64,000 nucleotides of DNA, taken from Phoronis australis. Taxonomy: Eukaryota; Animalia; Phoronida. Location: contig NMRA01000035.1 in NCBI GenBank assembly GCA_002633005.1, positions 835,059-899,058 of the forward strand, given 5' to 3'. The notes below the pieces were generated by a model, which had not been told where the DNA came from, made no database searches, and saw only the letters and a program-made list of their open reading frames with translations. Each line of letters starts with the position of its first letter. Positions within the stretch are counted from its first letter, which is position 1. The translations under genes and the position numbers were made by a program. Below are positions 41,001 to 52,100 of this stretch, piece by piece.

Positions 41001-44000
41001 CGAAACTTGAAATGAAATAATGAATGTGGATATATGTGATTCCCATCAAAAACAATGGATGTTAGAATTCACAATTTACATTTCATTATCTTTCCTAGTC
41101 ATCCTTAGACAACCAAAAATGTAAATAATACCATGGGAACCCAGATTAACTAAAGAGACAAACAGTGCCATCTATTGGTTGAAGTAAATTTAAGCATGGC
41201 AAGTGACAATGGACATTTCAGGTAAAATCTTCCATGATTCCAACAGAATCAAATGAACAAGCATGAACAAGAAACCTGTTTTAGACAGTGACTTGGTTGT
41301 GCTACTCATGTCTTTAAGAACGCAAAATACACCCTGAAATTATTGCTTGAATCCAGTGTTACCAAACACAACAAGTGATACAAAACAACACAAGTAGCCA
41401 AATTTGAAAGCGTTGATACAACCACAGTCAACAAGTCCTAACTAGAGTTTTCTAAAATACTGCAGTGAACAAGGCTGCACTCCGTAGACCGCAAGATACT
41501 ACGTTGGCTTTTGTTAACGAAAACGGTGAATTCATCCCCAAAATTCAACACTCCAACGTCTCTGAACAATCACTCCAGAGTTTGCCATTTTGCTAGGACA
41601 GGCTAATAAGCCCCCCGGGCATACTAACGAAATACTCGCCTTTCACTCGAGTGATTTTGCTACGTCCTGCAAGATTTCGCTTTTCTCGGAAAAAAACTAG
41701 GTCTACAAAACGATCTCCAAGTGACCTGAATGAGATTACTATCTACTTCCTGCTGATGAATACAAGCATCTTCAACAGATGTCATGTCCATAAAAACTGT
41801 GAAGCACCATCCTCTCAGAACGAGCATTAATTGTTAGTCCTCATACGTGTCATATGCTGGTCACATCACGTGAGCTATAGATTAGTGGACTAGAGTGTCT
41901 GCACAATTAGCAGAAAGTTGCGGCTTCGAGCCCCGGTCGGGGAAGCGGTCTTATCAGACTTAACTCTAGATCAAGTGATGTGACCAACACAAGGTCTGTA
42001 TAAGACTAATAATTCTTGCTTATGCCGTAGCAAAAGGATGACTTATAACAATAGTACTTTCAACAAAAATCTCTTCAGTTTGGAAACAAGTAATGGGATA
42101 AGAGTGATATGAAACACGGCGATCTATCTAGTTACTTTCCAAACTTTGATATTACTTTTATAAGCTACTGAACTCAAAATGCAATTGAGTAATGAAATGC
42201 TGGACATGTGTTATTTCGCCACATAAATCATTGTTTATCAGAAACTATGTTCACATGCTAGTTGAAATGACGGAAGATACCCCGTTTAGAACGCCCTTCA
42301 TCAAATGTCACTCTATTGAATGCTCGCAAGAAACTTTTCGCTGCCTGTATTTCCTTCTCCAAATGTTCTGGGAGAACTGCAGATGGTTTCTGAGGTGCTT
42401 ATAACTGAAGGACTTAACATGCTTGGAAACAGTTACTGAGCATGTCAAATATAGAGTACCATTGCTGCTAGACACTACATGTGTAATTTTCTTTTCACTT
42501 TCAACAGAGCATAGGGGAGAAGCACCGAAACCACCAACCTTTCAGTAACTAAAATCACCGTGTTTGTGAGCGTGATAACGCAGTGCTTGACTGCTTTGCC
42601 GGCGCTCTGGAAACAATGCATTCCACCGGTTCAGATCACACTGGAAGACAGAGACACCTGGGTAGCGTTCAGTAATGCCAGTCATTTGAGAGACATACTG
42701 TATTCAAATGCAGACGCTCCCCATATCATTTGAGAAAGATAAGCAGTGTTAAATTGTCCCTTACCTGGAGCCCCATTTGACACTGTCCGCACTGAGGGAT
42801 CTCATAGCACCACTTGTTGTAGGAGACAGATTGTCACACGATAAAAACTTCTCCGATGTCTGGTCAGAACTGGTAGGCTCATCTTAAATGAACCAAAGAA
42901 ATACATTCTAGCTAAAGTTTAGAAATGTTGGCTGTCTTTCATTAGATTTCTATGCACTCAAAAGATGATTACAGTCACATCCTTAGTTTCAACGTTAATT
43001 TTGATACTGAGGGAGATACAAGCATTGTATGTCTGTTTTCACAACATAAATTTGACCTAAAACAGAAACATCTCGACTTACCGTATTCACCCTAACGAGC
43101 GCCCGTGCCCCTATAAGCGCCCCCACGCGTTTTCAGACTTCGCTAAAATAAGCGCCCATCCCACAAATGTGTACATGCGAAAAATGCCTTTAGTTACCTA
43201 CAGTTCTAAAATTCTACAGTAACGTCTTCACTTTATCAATAAGATCCGATAATCCTGAAAAAATCATTGTGCGCAGACTTTGCAGAACATGAGCCTCACC
43301 ACTATGTCGGTATTTAGCCGTGACTATACACTTCAAACTTCCGCCGTACTTCAAAAAGAACACTAAAGTTTTGCTGATCTTGCGAGGAACGTGTCCTACT
43401 ATGGTCTGGCCTTTCAGAACAGACGCATGGAATTGTATTGTATCTTTCCTGTACAGATCTTCTCCCTCAACAATAATCCAAATTTCTTTGTACACGAAGG
43501 CTAATAAAAAAACTTGACCAGTGTTAAAAGCATGTGGCCAGGAAGCGCGCGCTACATACAAGTACCTGTCATCGACAACATTAGTCAGGAAATATGTATT
43601 CATGAAACAGTCAGCATGATAGCATCGACAAGAAATAAATATTGGCACTAATTTATGAAAGTTTCTAATACCCTAAAGAACATCTCCGTAATTTTTCAGA
43701 AGCATTTTTTAATGTATCATAATTGGTGTTTTTAAAGTCAAAATGACCCACTCTTAGTGAACAGTTTCGCACCCTTGCACCCCGAATCTCCCGGAAAATA
43801 TCTTGTTAGACTGTCACACATTCAGTCACCTGGCGACTCAATGACATTTAATATCGGCCTTACCAAGACAATTCTCGGATGTTTTTTAGAAGATGAGACT
43901 AGCAAGCGCTAAATAAAACATGTTCTGCTTGACTGCTTGTCTTTCTTTAGTTACAATGTACACCTAGATCGTTACATTACGTTTGTGCGGGAAAATGAAC

Positions 44001-47000
44001 TCTGATGACATACACGCGCTCTCTCACTCACACACGCAGGCAAACTTCAAAACAAATGATACGTGACAAAAACATGTGTGTTCATCCTGACATTTTACTC
44101 ATGTTGCGAGGTACGATGTAGCACAGCTTTGGACTTTATCTGCAGTTAGTCCCGACTCCACAGGAACTTAAAAATCTTAGCGACGCTATTTGGAAAAATT
44201 GAGGAGAATTTCAGGTAATTTCTTGAGTCGAAACTGCAATTTTTATTCAAGAATTCAAGTTGCCCTGTCGATGATCTTGAGGCAGTGACGCATCAGTCGG
44301 CGAGTTTTCGCACGGAGAAAATTTGGCTCAAAAAAGTGGACACGTGACAATAATAAAGACACAGTAGAAAGAAGCATATTTTTAGAATGCTTGATCTTTC
44401 TTCGTTTAGAAAATATTAACTTTAATGGTTGACAAAGCATAGTTTTTCCAATACTTGACTCTGAGACTGTTTATTAAAATCCTAGATAACCTTAAAGGAC
44501 TCAACAGATTAGTTTCTTCCCTATTATTTTACGAATGCTTTGACAAACCTTCGTCACAGTCGAAGAACTCATCTTCGTCTGTCTCATAGCACCTGGATGT
44601 CGTCAGCGGTGACGCCCCCCTGCCCACAGACTCCTCCAGCTCGTGATGTTCTGTGGCCAGGACATGCAGCGCCTCCTGCAGTACACGGGATTTCTCCATT
44701 TCCTGCTGTAGTTGAAGTTTCCTCAGCTGGAAGTTAACAAAAACTAGACAATGTACAAAACAGTCCCCCTTGAATGGGGTCATGTATTTTTATCTCTTCT
44801 TATAAGAATTATTAGTCTCTTATAAGCCCCATGCTGGCTGCATCATGTGATGTGCTTTTTAACTCTAGTGTTATAACCAAAAATTAATAGGAACTAAACA
44901 GTTGCAACCGTTGTAGGGCCAGAGAAACAGCTATTGTAGTTGGAATGGACTGTGAATGGAAAGAACTGTGCAGCATGGCAAATGAAATTTTACAAAACCA
45001 TTTTGAAAATAATCATCGGAAAGCAGATGAGAACAGACTGTGGATTAACTCATCCAACCACCTGGTGATACATTCAATGCAACTCATCGACAAATGGCAG
45101 TATGCCCCCTACATACAAGATATGGCAAAAGCGGTATTGTCTGGAATAGGGTTTTTCATTTGGCATTCTCTTGGGTACCCATTTTTCTGGGTCGTGAGTT
45201 GCGCCGGTTTGGATTTTGAATGTAAGGTGGTATCCCATTAATTAAAGAGGATGTGAGTTTCCGAGACCATCATAACCGATAGTTCTGACAAAGTTCATAT
45301 TTTGTACACTACATGGTGACTCAGTTCAGCTCTGACACGAAAGTACCATACCATATTCACAAACAAACACTACCGATAACCTTCCAATTTTTTTCTGGTT
45401 AGAAAACACTGGCAATGGTATAGTCTAGTCTGAAAAGTTTGGTGTGTTTGACAGGCAGCACTTACAAGATAAAGAACATTTTGATCAGGTAAAATTTCAG
45501 TTACTAAGAACTGCTTGTAGTTGAACACTCAGACGTTTCAACTCTCATCTAAGGTTCCCCTCGTTGAAAAAGACCCTTAGTTGAGAACTATGAAAAACTT
45601 AGTCTATCACAAAGAATGATTTGCTCAAAAGAATTTCACATTTAAAACACTAAAACGCTATGGACAACAAATCACAACAGTTTGGCAGAGTTGCCATAAC
45701 TGAATATCACGTCTGCAGCAACAGAAGAAAAACAATAAACGGATGACATTTTTCACAAGAAAACCACCAAAACTGCAAATATATGGCTTGAAACTCTTAA
45801 GTGTTGTAGGAGCTCGAAAACACCTTTCTATTTTAAGTCTAGTCTTTAAGACGGTCAAACTTATCAGAAATACAATTTCTTTCATTCACTGGAACTTTGC
45901 GACTTAAGATTTTTTTTGCGTGAAGCCACGGCCTAATACCGCTAATTTGACGCGCCAAAAAATCATGAAAAATTGTTTGAAAATGGAATCGCTGTGTATT
46001 CAATGTCAAACATGGTAAACATTAGGTGATGCTGAACATCTGCCCAGAAAATAACTCTTATCACTATCAAGCGACAAAGCGTATTGAAGACGTGGCCATG
46101 GAATCAGAAAATGGCTCATATAAAAGATGTGCAAGGGGCAGCACATATTTCAAAACTGGTTTAAATAACTAAAGCTGCATTTAGTCCCGTATATTTGGCT
46201 GAAAAAGGACACATTGACTTGAGTTGGTAACGGAAATATAATCCTTTAACGGTAAGGAACATTATGAGGCAGATTACATGAGAGTAAAAAATTTAATTTG
46301 TTTTTCAGCCATCTGAACATGGCGAAATACAGCTTTAAAGGAAATCACATCTCATAATCGGGCGCACACATGAACTGATACACCCTATACATAGAGTCTG
46401 ATGATGGATAATACACCAGAACTCTAGAACACAAGACATAGCATGGTTTCTAAGCATAGATCACTCATCCACCCAACACAGCACAGCCAGTGGTTTAATA
46501 ACACATTGCCCTGTCAGCATGACCAGGGAAATCGAGGTCAACATCACCACATGTGAGCATGATGAAAAGGTGTGAGGAAATGTCATGCTTCACCTTCCAA
46601 CTGTTCTGTGACGTGGTCTGTGAGACAGTGATCTCTACAGACAACTAAATGCCGTGACAATGCTGTGATGTCGTTAACACACAATAAAAGAGAAAATCAC
46701 TGTTATAGGTGTTATCATGCGAAAGAACACTCTCTGCAAATTATAAACCCAGTCAATCAACTGCACAAAATATGTCTCCAAACTTTCCGTTCAACGATAG
46801 AAAATGATTTCCATTTCCAAAGAAGACTACATCACATCAGTGAGTAAACAGATTAAATTCGCTTTGATGGTAGAAACAATATGTTTTCAAGACCAGTGTG
46901 TCAATCTACCTATTTCAGGATTTCTTAGGTTTGAGATAAGACTCATTAGGTTTTTGAACAGCGGATGAATTAACCACACCACCGGGGTGGAAACTGAAAC

Positions 47001-48641
47001 TTTTAGAATCTTTGCTCCTTTTTTAAGCTGTCGGCAACACGTGCAGTTGTCGTAAAAGATGAAGAAAATTTTCCCTTCGGAATCAGTTTTATAGAATTTT
47101 GTACAACGTTTTTGAAGAAATTCTCTCAGCATATTCTTCATACTTTCAATGATTTCAAAACCAGGAAATTGTTTACAGAAATGTATTACAAGCTGTATTG
47201 GAGAAAATGTTGTCTTCGGTGAAATCAGTTACCATCGGTTTCAATCGCTTTTCACTGAGCCAAACTATACAATTCCATATTTATTTTATTTATTTACACT
47301 AATGATTTGTTCGTTTAGAAAGTTGACAGAAAGAAATTCAAATGTTCAACTTCTATTGAGCGAAAATTTACCACTAACATTCAATACTAGCACATTGAAT
47401 GCAAGAAAGTACTGTAACAAGAAAGACTCTCATCCAGAAAAATGAGCCTGGCATCCTTACAAACTTAATTGCTTCCAAACTGATTTGCAAAGTAAATCCT
47501 GAGGAGCACCAAAACATCAACAACAAACCAGTCAAAACAATGCCTTTTAAAAAGTACACTTTTTACCCACTGTTTTTGTTGCCAAAGGGCGCATGTTCCG
47601 AGTTCACTGTCCAAACGACCTTCACTGTTAATAGCTATGTGGATAAGTATATAATAATTGCCCATTAACTCTGGCCAGTTAAAGGTTACAAAATAAACCA
47701 AACAATAGTTGAATTGCCTAAGAGACTTTCTTCAAAACAGAGCCTAACATGTAGGAGTTTCCCAGGTATAAAACTTTCTGACTAAAGGGGGTCGTGGACC
47801 TACAGTCAAGGTTCCATTATGAATAACTGGCTTTTACCAGACTGAAAGCCATAAAATCAGTGCAATAAGGGGTTTAATATATCTATACAATTTTTCGGTA
47901 TGCGNTTCCCCAAAGATGGCTGCCAGTATTTGCCGATCGTCATTGTAACATTTATAGTAAAAATAAACGGCAAAAGTTTCTAATGTCGAGTTATTTCTTA
48001 ATATTTAGCGAACTTAAACAATGAATTGTAGGTTTCAATGAAATTTATTAATAATAAATGTTAAAATTCTTCGTTTAGCCTTCATTTTCGCCGAGGTTGT
48101 TTTGGAACAGGCCGTCTTTTTTCCGTCTTGGCCGTGTCGTCCAAAGCCGTCATTTTTTAAAAGGGCCGTCCCAAGGACGGCCAGGACGGCCGCTAGATGA
48201 GTCCCTGCACCTGGCCTAAGCAAATTTTGTTCAAGGCGAATTATGTCAGATAATTGGAGAGAAAAGTTAGTGCTACATTTCACGTTTTTCTCTAACGAGC
48301 ATCTGTGGTTACATATTAAGCTCAGTCATATGGCCATGCTGCTACAAGTCACAACAAGAGCCATGCCCGAGTGTTGTACAATCAGATGCTGATAGGCAAT
48401 GTCAGCCCCGGAGTTCGGCGCCTTCTGCTGTCACGGGGATGGTCTGGGGAGGGGATTAATGCACTAGCATATCCCCATTGATCCCGTCCGTAACTGGTAT
48501 TACAGGTATTGTTACAGGTTAATCTCAATCTTACCTCCTCTTGCTGGTTGAACAACGTTAGACAGTGGGCGAGTGTACTACACATCTCACGCGATGACGT
48601 CAACACGTGCGAGAGTTCTTGCTGTACCTCGCCAAGGGTGA
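14124..48641 (-). CDS. OSBPL1A: Oxysterol-binding protein-related protein 1/2 family (ORP1L-like), 5'-partial CDS, 14 exons, about 578 codons in window
   Basis: GT/AG-consistent exons translate to [22 protein letters not shown]...LATEHHELE (ORP1L coiled coil), FFAT EFFDCDE, and a full ORD: [88 protein letters not shown]. Confidence 0.93.
14271..14368. mobile_element. Hairpin MITE, same family as 9010-9093
   Basis: Core gaaccagtttgatgccggttattcagtggagaaaactggttctc with inverted arms. Confidence 0.75.
14598..14848. repeat. Minisatellite, about 43-bp unit x6 (ttttcacttctgttcaagcaatatcaaatactaagcaaatatg)
   Basis: Head-to-tail units with no spacers. Confidence 0.92.
14858..14948 (-). CDS. OSBPL1A: ORD exon ([19 protein letters not shown]...EWTPR)
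   Basis: Acceptor ttgtag, donor gttgat. Confidence 0.95.
15405..15528 (-). CDS. OSBPL1A: ORD exon ([13 protein letters not shown]...[18 protein letters not shown])
   Basis: Acceptor ctatag, donor gtaggt. Confidence 0.96.
16401..16547 (-). CDS. OSBPL1A: ORD exon (VLSNGMP...[19 protein letters not shown])
   Basis: Acceptor atgcag, donor gttaat; LW....RP motif; phase 0-0. Confidence 0.88.
16614..16713. mobile_element. Hairpin MITE, same family as 9010-9093
   Basis: Same core; arms tagtcacttac / gtaagtaacta. Confidence 0.75.
17932..18112 (-). CDS. OSBPL1A: ORD exon ([11 protein letters not shown]...KSLSQE)
   Basis: Acceptor tttcag, donor gtgagg; LYG.WT motif. Confidence 0.92.
19407..19525 (-). 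CDS. OSBPL1A: ORD exon (HGTMEVVNH...[21 protein letters not shown])
   Basis: Acceptor ctgcag, donor gtgagt. Confidence 0.95.
19610..19690 (+). mobile_element. tRNA-derived SINE head remnant
   Basis: A-box-like gtagctcattgg and B-box-like gtgttcaaaccc at tRNA spacing; no intact cloverleaf. Confidence 0.45.
20044..20125 (-). CDS. OSBPL1A: ORD exon (HNNEVYTW...[13 protein letters not shown])
   Basis: Acceptor tttcag, donor gtgaga. Confidence 0.96.
20915..21733. mobile_element. PIF/Harbinger-type MITE
   Basis: About 35-bp TIRs gggctgttccagcaaaatctgtatgggagggggg / ccccctcccacacggatttttactggaacagccc; TTA target duplication on both sides. Confidence 0.88.
21863..22039 (-). CDS. OSBPL1A: ORD exon containing the OSBP fingerprint EQVSHHPP
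   Basis: Acceptor ggcag, donor gtaagt; [13 protein letters not shown]...PKLKFWGK. Confidence 0.97.
22674..22771 (-). CDS. OSBPL1A: ORD exon (LVAAFAVS...[15 protein letters not shown])
   Basis: Acceptor ttgtag, donor gtaggt. Confidence 0.96.
23758..23892 (-). CDS. OSBPL1A: ORD exon ([20 protein letters not shown]...IRRLE)
   Basis: Acceptor tttcag, donor gtgagt; canonical motif. Confidence 0.96.
24395..24487. repeat. Tandem duplication, about 47-bp unit x2
   Basis: ccaccacactcacctaatgagccaca occurs twice. Confidence 0.8.
24623..24698 (-). CDS. OSBPL1A: OSBPL1A-like ORD exon ([25 protein letters not shown])
   Basis: Acceptor ttccatag, donor gtacga; conserved ORD N-terminus. Confidence 0.95.
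26068..26410. repeat. Degenerate minisatellite, about 37-bp unit
   Basis: Recurrent accttaaat(g)tcca/gcagrggtctcc(c/t)a..agta units. Confidence 0.75.
26515..28600. mobile_element. Cluster of diverged copies of one interspersed repeat (about 26515-27000, 27770-28090, 28255-28600; another at about 34057-34535)
   Basis: Shared blocks aatttggc, tctcagaaa, catgaaactttcata, aaaatgttccacttttg, ctatcaaaaataggact and tttgtagatatt. Confidence 0.65.
29810..30184. repeat. Tandem duplication, about 187-bp unit x2
   Basis: actgagctagcagtgtgtgatcgcagaatcag at 29810 and 29997; both copies end gtgagtaaataatc. Confidence 0.92.
31101..31408. mobile_element. Non-autonomous element with about 67-bp terminal inverted repeats and no TSD (DIRS-like ends)
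   Basis: aaaacgagaaaaattactt...ctgcagctc / gagctgcag...aagtaatttttctcgtttt; the family assignment is inference. Confidence 0.7.
31626..31667. repeat. (CA)n microsatellite
   Basis: Read directly. Confidence 0.95.
33255..33336. repeat. (CA)n microsatellite just inside the intron following the candidate alternative first exon
   Basis: Read directly. Confidence 0.95.
33352..33434 (-). CDS. Candidate alternative first coding exon of a short ORD-only isoform ([28 protein letters not shown])
   Basis: ATGG start with an in-frame upstream TGA, strong donor CAG|gtgaga, and phase 2 matching the first ORD exon at 24698. Confidence 0.6.
33625..33637 (+). promoter_or_regulatory. Perfect DR1 nuclear-receptor element AGGTCA-G-AGGTCA
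   Basis: Exact consensus about 190 bp upstream of the ATG at 33434; function not shown. Confidence 0.45.
37824..37840 (+). promoter_or_regulatory. Perfect DR5 element AGGTCA-CGTTG-AGGTCA
   Basis: Exact consensus; function not shown. Confidence 0.4.
38012..38047. repeat. (TAA)n microsatellite
   Basis: Read directly. Confidence 0.95.
41829..42014. mobile_element. Palindromic element enclosing a tRNA-like segment
   Basis: Arms aattgttagtc...tggtcacatcac / gtgatgtgacca...gactaataatt; the loop has A/B-box-like motifs; related arm at about 44808. Confidence 0.55.
42765..42882 (-). CDS. OSBPL1A: OSBPL1A-like linker exon ([14 protein letters not shown]...VKWGSR)
   Basis: Acceptor catttaag, donor gtaagg; open frame, and phases 1 and 2 exactly bridge the flanking exons. 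Confidence 0.75.
43081..44200. mobile_element. Decayed DNA transposon with a TA|CCGTA end; right boundary uncertain
   Basis: ta|ccgtattcaccctaacgagcgcccgtgcccctataagcgccc with repeated AAGCGCCC, typical of pogo/Tc1-like TIRs. Confidence 0.55.
43214..43510 (-). pseudogene. Degenerate HIRAN-like domain ORF inside the transposon
   Basis: VYKEIW...GEDL...[17 protein letters not shown]...[14 protein letters not shown] resembles the HIRAN pattern (YxxIW..GE.L...V......VGHVPR), recognised by eye. Confidence 0.6.
44549..44726 (-). CDS. OSBPL1A: OSBPL1A-like exon: coiled coil plus FFAT motif (EDEFFDCDE)
   Basis: Acceptor ttccag, donor gtttgt; [16 protein letters not shown] matches ORP1L; acidic tract followed by FFD. 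Confidence 0.92.
47906..48207. mobile_element. One end of a hAT-like element, truncated at a single-N join
   Basis: The reverse complement starts CAGGGACTCATCTAGCGGCCGTCC with multiple GGCCGTC subterminal repeats; partner end not seen. Confidence 0.5.
48535..48641 (-). CDS. OSBPL1A: OSBPL1A-like exon ([12 protein letters not shown]...[10 protein letters not shown])
   Basis: Acceptor tttcag, donor gtaaga; resembles the ORP1L segment preceding the coiled coil. Confidence 0.85.
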
Positions 48642-49105
48642 CTGAAATGAGAAACAGAGAGTCTTGGATGATGGACCTGAGAGATCTCACTGGGACTGAG
48701 GTGACTAAAATAAGAATACACAGGGTCTAGAACGATAGATCACGACGTCAATGCCTAGGGAAAGTCACTATATCTGGCCCAAGGTGACTAAAACGAGCAA
48801 CACAGAGGGTCTATGATGATAAATCATGGTAACCACACCCGGAGATCTTGTTGTATCTGGGCTACGGTGATTAAAACAAGAAAAATTGAGGGCTCAGGAC
48901 GACGGAGCATGACATCAACACCTGAAGTAGTAATCTTAAAGAGAACAACAGAAGTTTGTGGCATGCACATCTGAACCAGTTCTTCCTGTACATCAGCTAA
49001 GGAAAGAAATGCTTATCATTAAAGACGATAGATTATAATGTCAACACCTGAGAAATCTTACATAAGTCTTACCTGGCTTAAAGCCACTGAAACAGGAAAC
49101 AAACA
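48590..49105. repeat. Degenerate array of about 60-84-bp units derived from the OSBPL exon 5' end and its acceptor
   Basis: ggtgact(g/a)aaa at 48637, 48699, 48783, 48866; gacgtcaacac-like blocks recur. Confidence 0.7.
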
Positions 49106-52100
49106 GTTAAAGGTGCATTGCACACCATGACCACAAACACAGCATTTCTAATCGAAGCGCTGATAAGGCCAAAACTACATAAGTTGATTCTAGTCATTTT
49201 GCGGCCTGTGCTCGCCGACTAAAAAAAATTTCGTTGATATCACATTTAGGCATGGTATATTGTTCGTTTTCTAGAAAAGCCACACTAAGGCACATGCAAG
49301 AGTAATCAAGGTTCGAAACGTCATGATTTGTCAAGTGATTAGAAAAAAAAACAAAACCCGCATCACTTTTGCTGGTCTCGTGAATTTTCTTTCATGAAAA
49401 ATTGAACAACTAAAAAACACCGCACTACTGACTCGATTAAAAAAAAAAACAATAGATTTGTCAATTAGGCTTCTTATGGCCAAAGCAGGTTGTTTTGAAC
49501 GTGAATTACAACTATTATGGCAGTTCAAACTTCCTTTTAACTGGCACAATAACAATCAACTTGTACCGACTTTTACCAATGAAGCAAAAACGCCCACTGA
49601 ATACTATTACAAATCAATACATGTATCCTTGAATTGACACAAAAGTATTAATTACACGGGTAACTCGTTTCCGATAGTATGTGATCAAAGGCATAATTTC
49701 GAAAACAAATGAGAAAATTACTTTACAAAAAAGTAGACAAAATGAAACATAGCCACTTGACTTATCTACAAGAGCTAATAACACATTTCAATTATATGGC
49801 CTTCTAGGCAACACAACATCTTGTAAACTGCATATTGGATAACAGTCATTCACAGGCATTCTGCATTTTGAGGAAGGTTTTCTCTACTGAATGACAGGCA
49901 TCAAACTTGGTTATAAAAAATCAGGACCACTGTAAGTGACTATTGCCACATATCGGGCCACAATGTGACTCCGCTGAACTCAAGTGACTGTGGACAGGCC
50001 GAACATCAACCCAAATCAATGAGCTACAACCAGTACAACAGGTATAGTTCATTGCCCACATTTAACATCATTCAGAGTTCTTACAGTACTAGACAAAAGT
50101 AACCAGGCACAGTACTGTTCCCCCAACCCCCCCCCACACAAGACAGCGGATTTTGTTAATAGTAAGAGAGAATGGCTTGGCTTAACCACCTTGCTAACTC
50201 TGTTAATTCCTTTTCATTTATGGTCACAAGAGAAAACTACTTTGATGATGAATTCGGCTTCCCCAGCCATCATGACTTGAAATTCCAGGTCATTTTGTCC
50301 GTCTCGCTCAAACCCAACTTACCAAAGCTTACTCTACTCCTGAAAGAACACCAAAAAATCCTACCAGACCTTTACAGAGACCAGATAAGCACCAAATGAT
50401 GAGCTGGTCATACCAAGACCAGCTGGCCATCTGTAAGTCTTAATTATCTAATTGACCAACTCTGACAGGCTTAACACAATAATTGACCTCATACAGGCCA
50501 CAGGTCATCACCTTGAAAACAAATAAACGTAGACTATAAAAAACGGGGGTTCACAACTTCCTGGTTGGAAGGACATTGAACTCATTCCTCAACTGTACCT
50601 TAATGATGACTGTTAACACAAGCACTGTTATACACTACTGGTATATTAAGGCTGAACACACAATGAAAACTGATGGTTGAGAAACTCAAACTTAGGACAC
50701 TCTTCACCCAGAATGAAAAACAGAAAAAGGCAAACTCACTAATGAAAAATTTCAAACAGGTAGTGAAAGCTAGTTGAGAATGAGATCAGCCATGGATCAA
50801 GAGCATTATTTTCCTTTCACTTAGATTCCAGTTTTCACTATCAGATCTCAGCTTTCCTAGTTTGGGTCACATCAAGTGCATAAAACTTATTCAATTAGCT
50901 CATTGCAGTGAGAAATCTTAACAAGTTTACCTTGTGTTCGGAAACTTTAATAAAATAAAAGCCACGAGGAAGACTTTTTGCTTTTGAAAATGAATTTAGA
51001 AACAATGTTTGTGATAAGTGTGAATTATTAAAATGTCAATCACCCCAAAGAAAAGTGGAAAATTTGATGTGAAACATACACTGTACAGCACTCAGCTGTA
51101 CCATCAAAAATTCAAGATGGACTGAACTGAAATTCATCCGTGTCAGAGCAGGTGACTTTGTAGCGGAAGCATGATTCCAGGTAACGTCAGCTGTTTCAGC
51201 TTTATTCACAATTACCCTTATGATTATTTAACTAAGTTTTATACACTAATTAACTCAAGCCTTCTTATTATTTTAATCTACTTATGCACTTTACATTGGT
51301 TTTTATACATTTCCCACAGGGACAACTCAGAAATCAAATGAATCTGTGAACTGAACTAAGTCCTTCAAAGACATAACAAATAACCATATGTCTGTATGTT
51401 GATATATGTTCAGTTTTTCCCCAGTTAGGCTTTACTACAGCACTACCTTACAGACCACAAACGAAGACTCCCAAATGACAGGTCACACGCACACATTGGT
51501 ACATTATCAATTTTAACACGTTTTTGTTCACACACCGTTGCCCCTCCCCCACTTAATTATGTACTCTAAATACTAAGTCTAGCAACAACGGCTCACAACT
51601 ATCAAAGAAAATTAATTCATGTTTAATAGCAAGTCACAAGTTGTCACACCTCAAAATTTTCAGATAAAAAAGGGAAGTCTCAATTGGCACAACTTTTTGG
51701 TGCTTTTTGCATGTATAAGTCACATCTACGACCAATACTCCCAGGTTACATCAACTTTGCTTTTGTCACTGATAATGATGAATTCCATGATGTTACAATT
51801 TGTGAAAAAAAGGAGCCACCACTTGCTGCAGCACAAACTGTAAACCCAACAAAACACAGACAGCTCACTGGCTCAGCAGATTACAATGAAGAATTCACGG
51901 AAACCTCAAAATTTAATAAAATGTCACAGAATTTCAGGCAAGCAAGTTTTGCCACAGAATTTCACCACAGCATCATTTCCACATGAAAATTGGTAGGAAT
52001 AACCCCACGTATTTTCAAGCTAATTTTTAAAGAAGAAAGCTGTGTTTTGCCAGGAATCTGAGGTCCACAAAATTTCACTGAATTAATACTGAGGGGGGGG

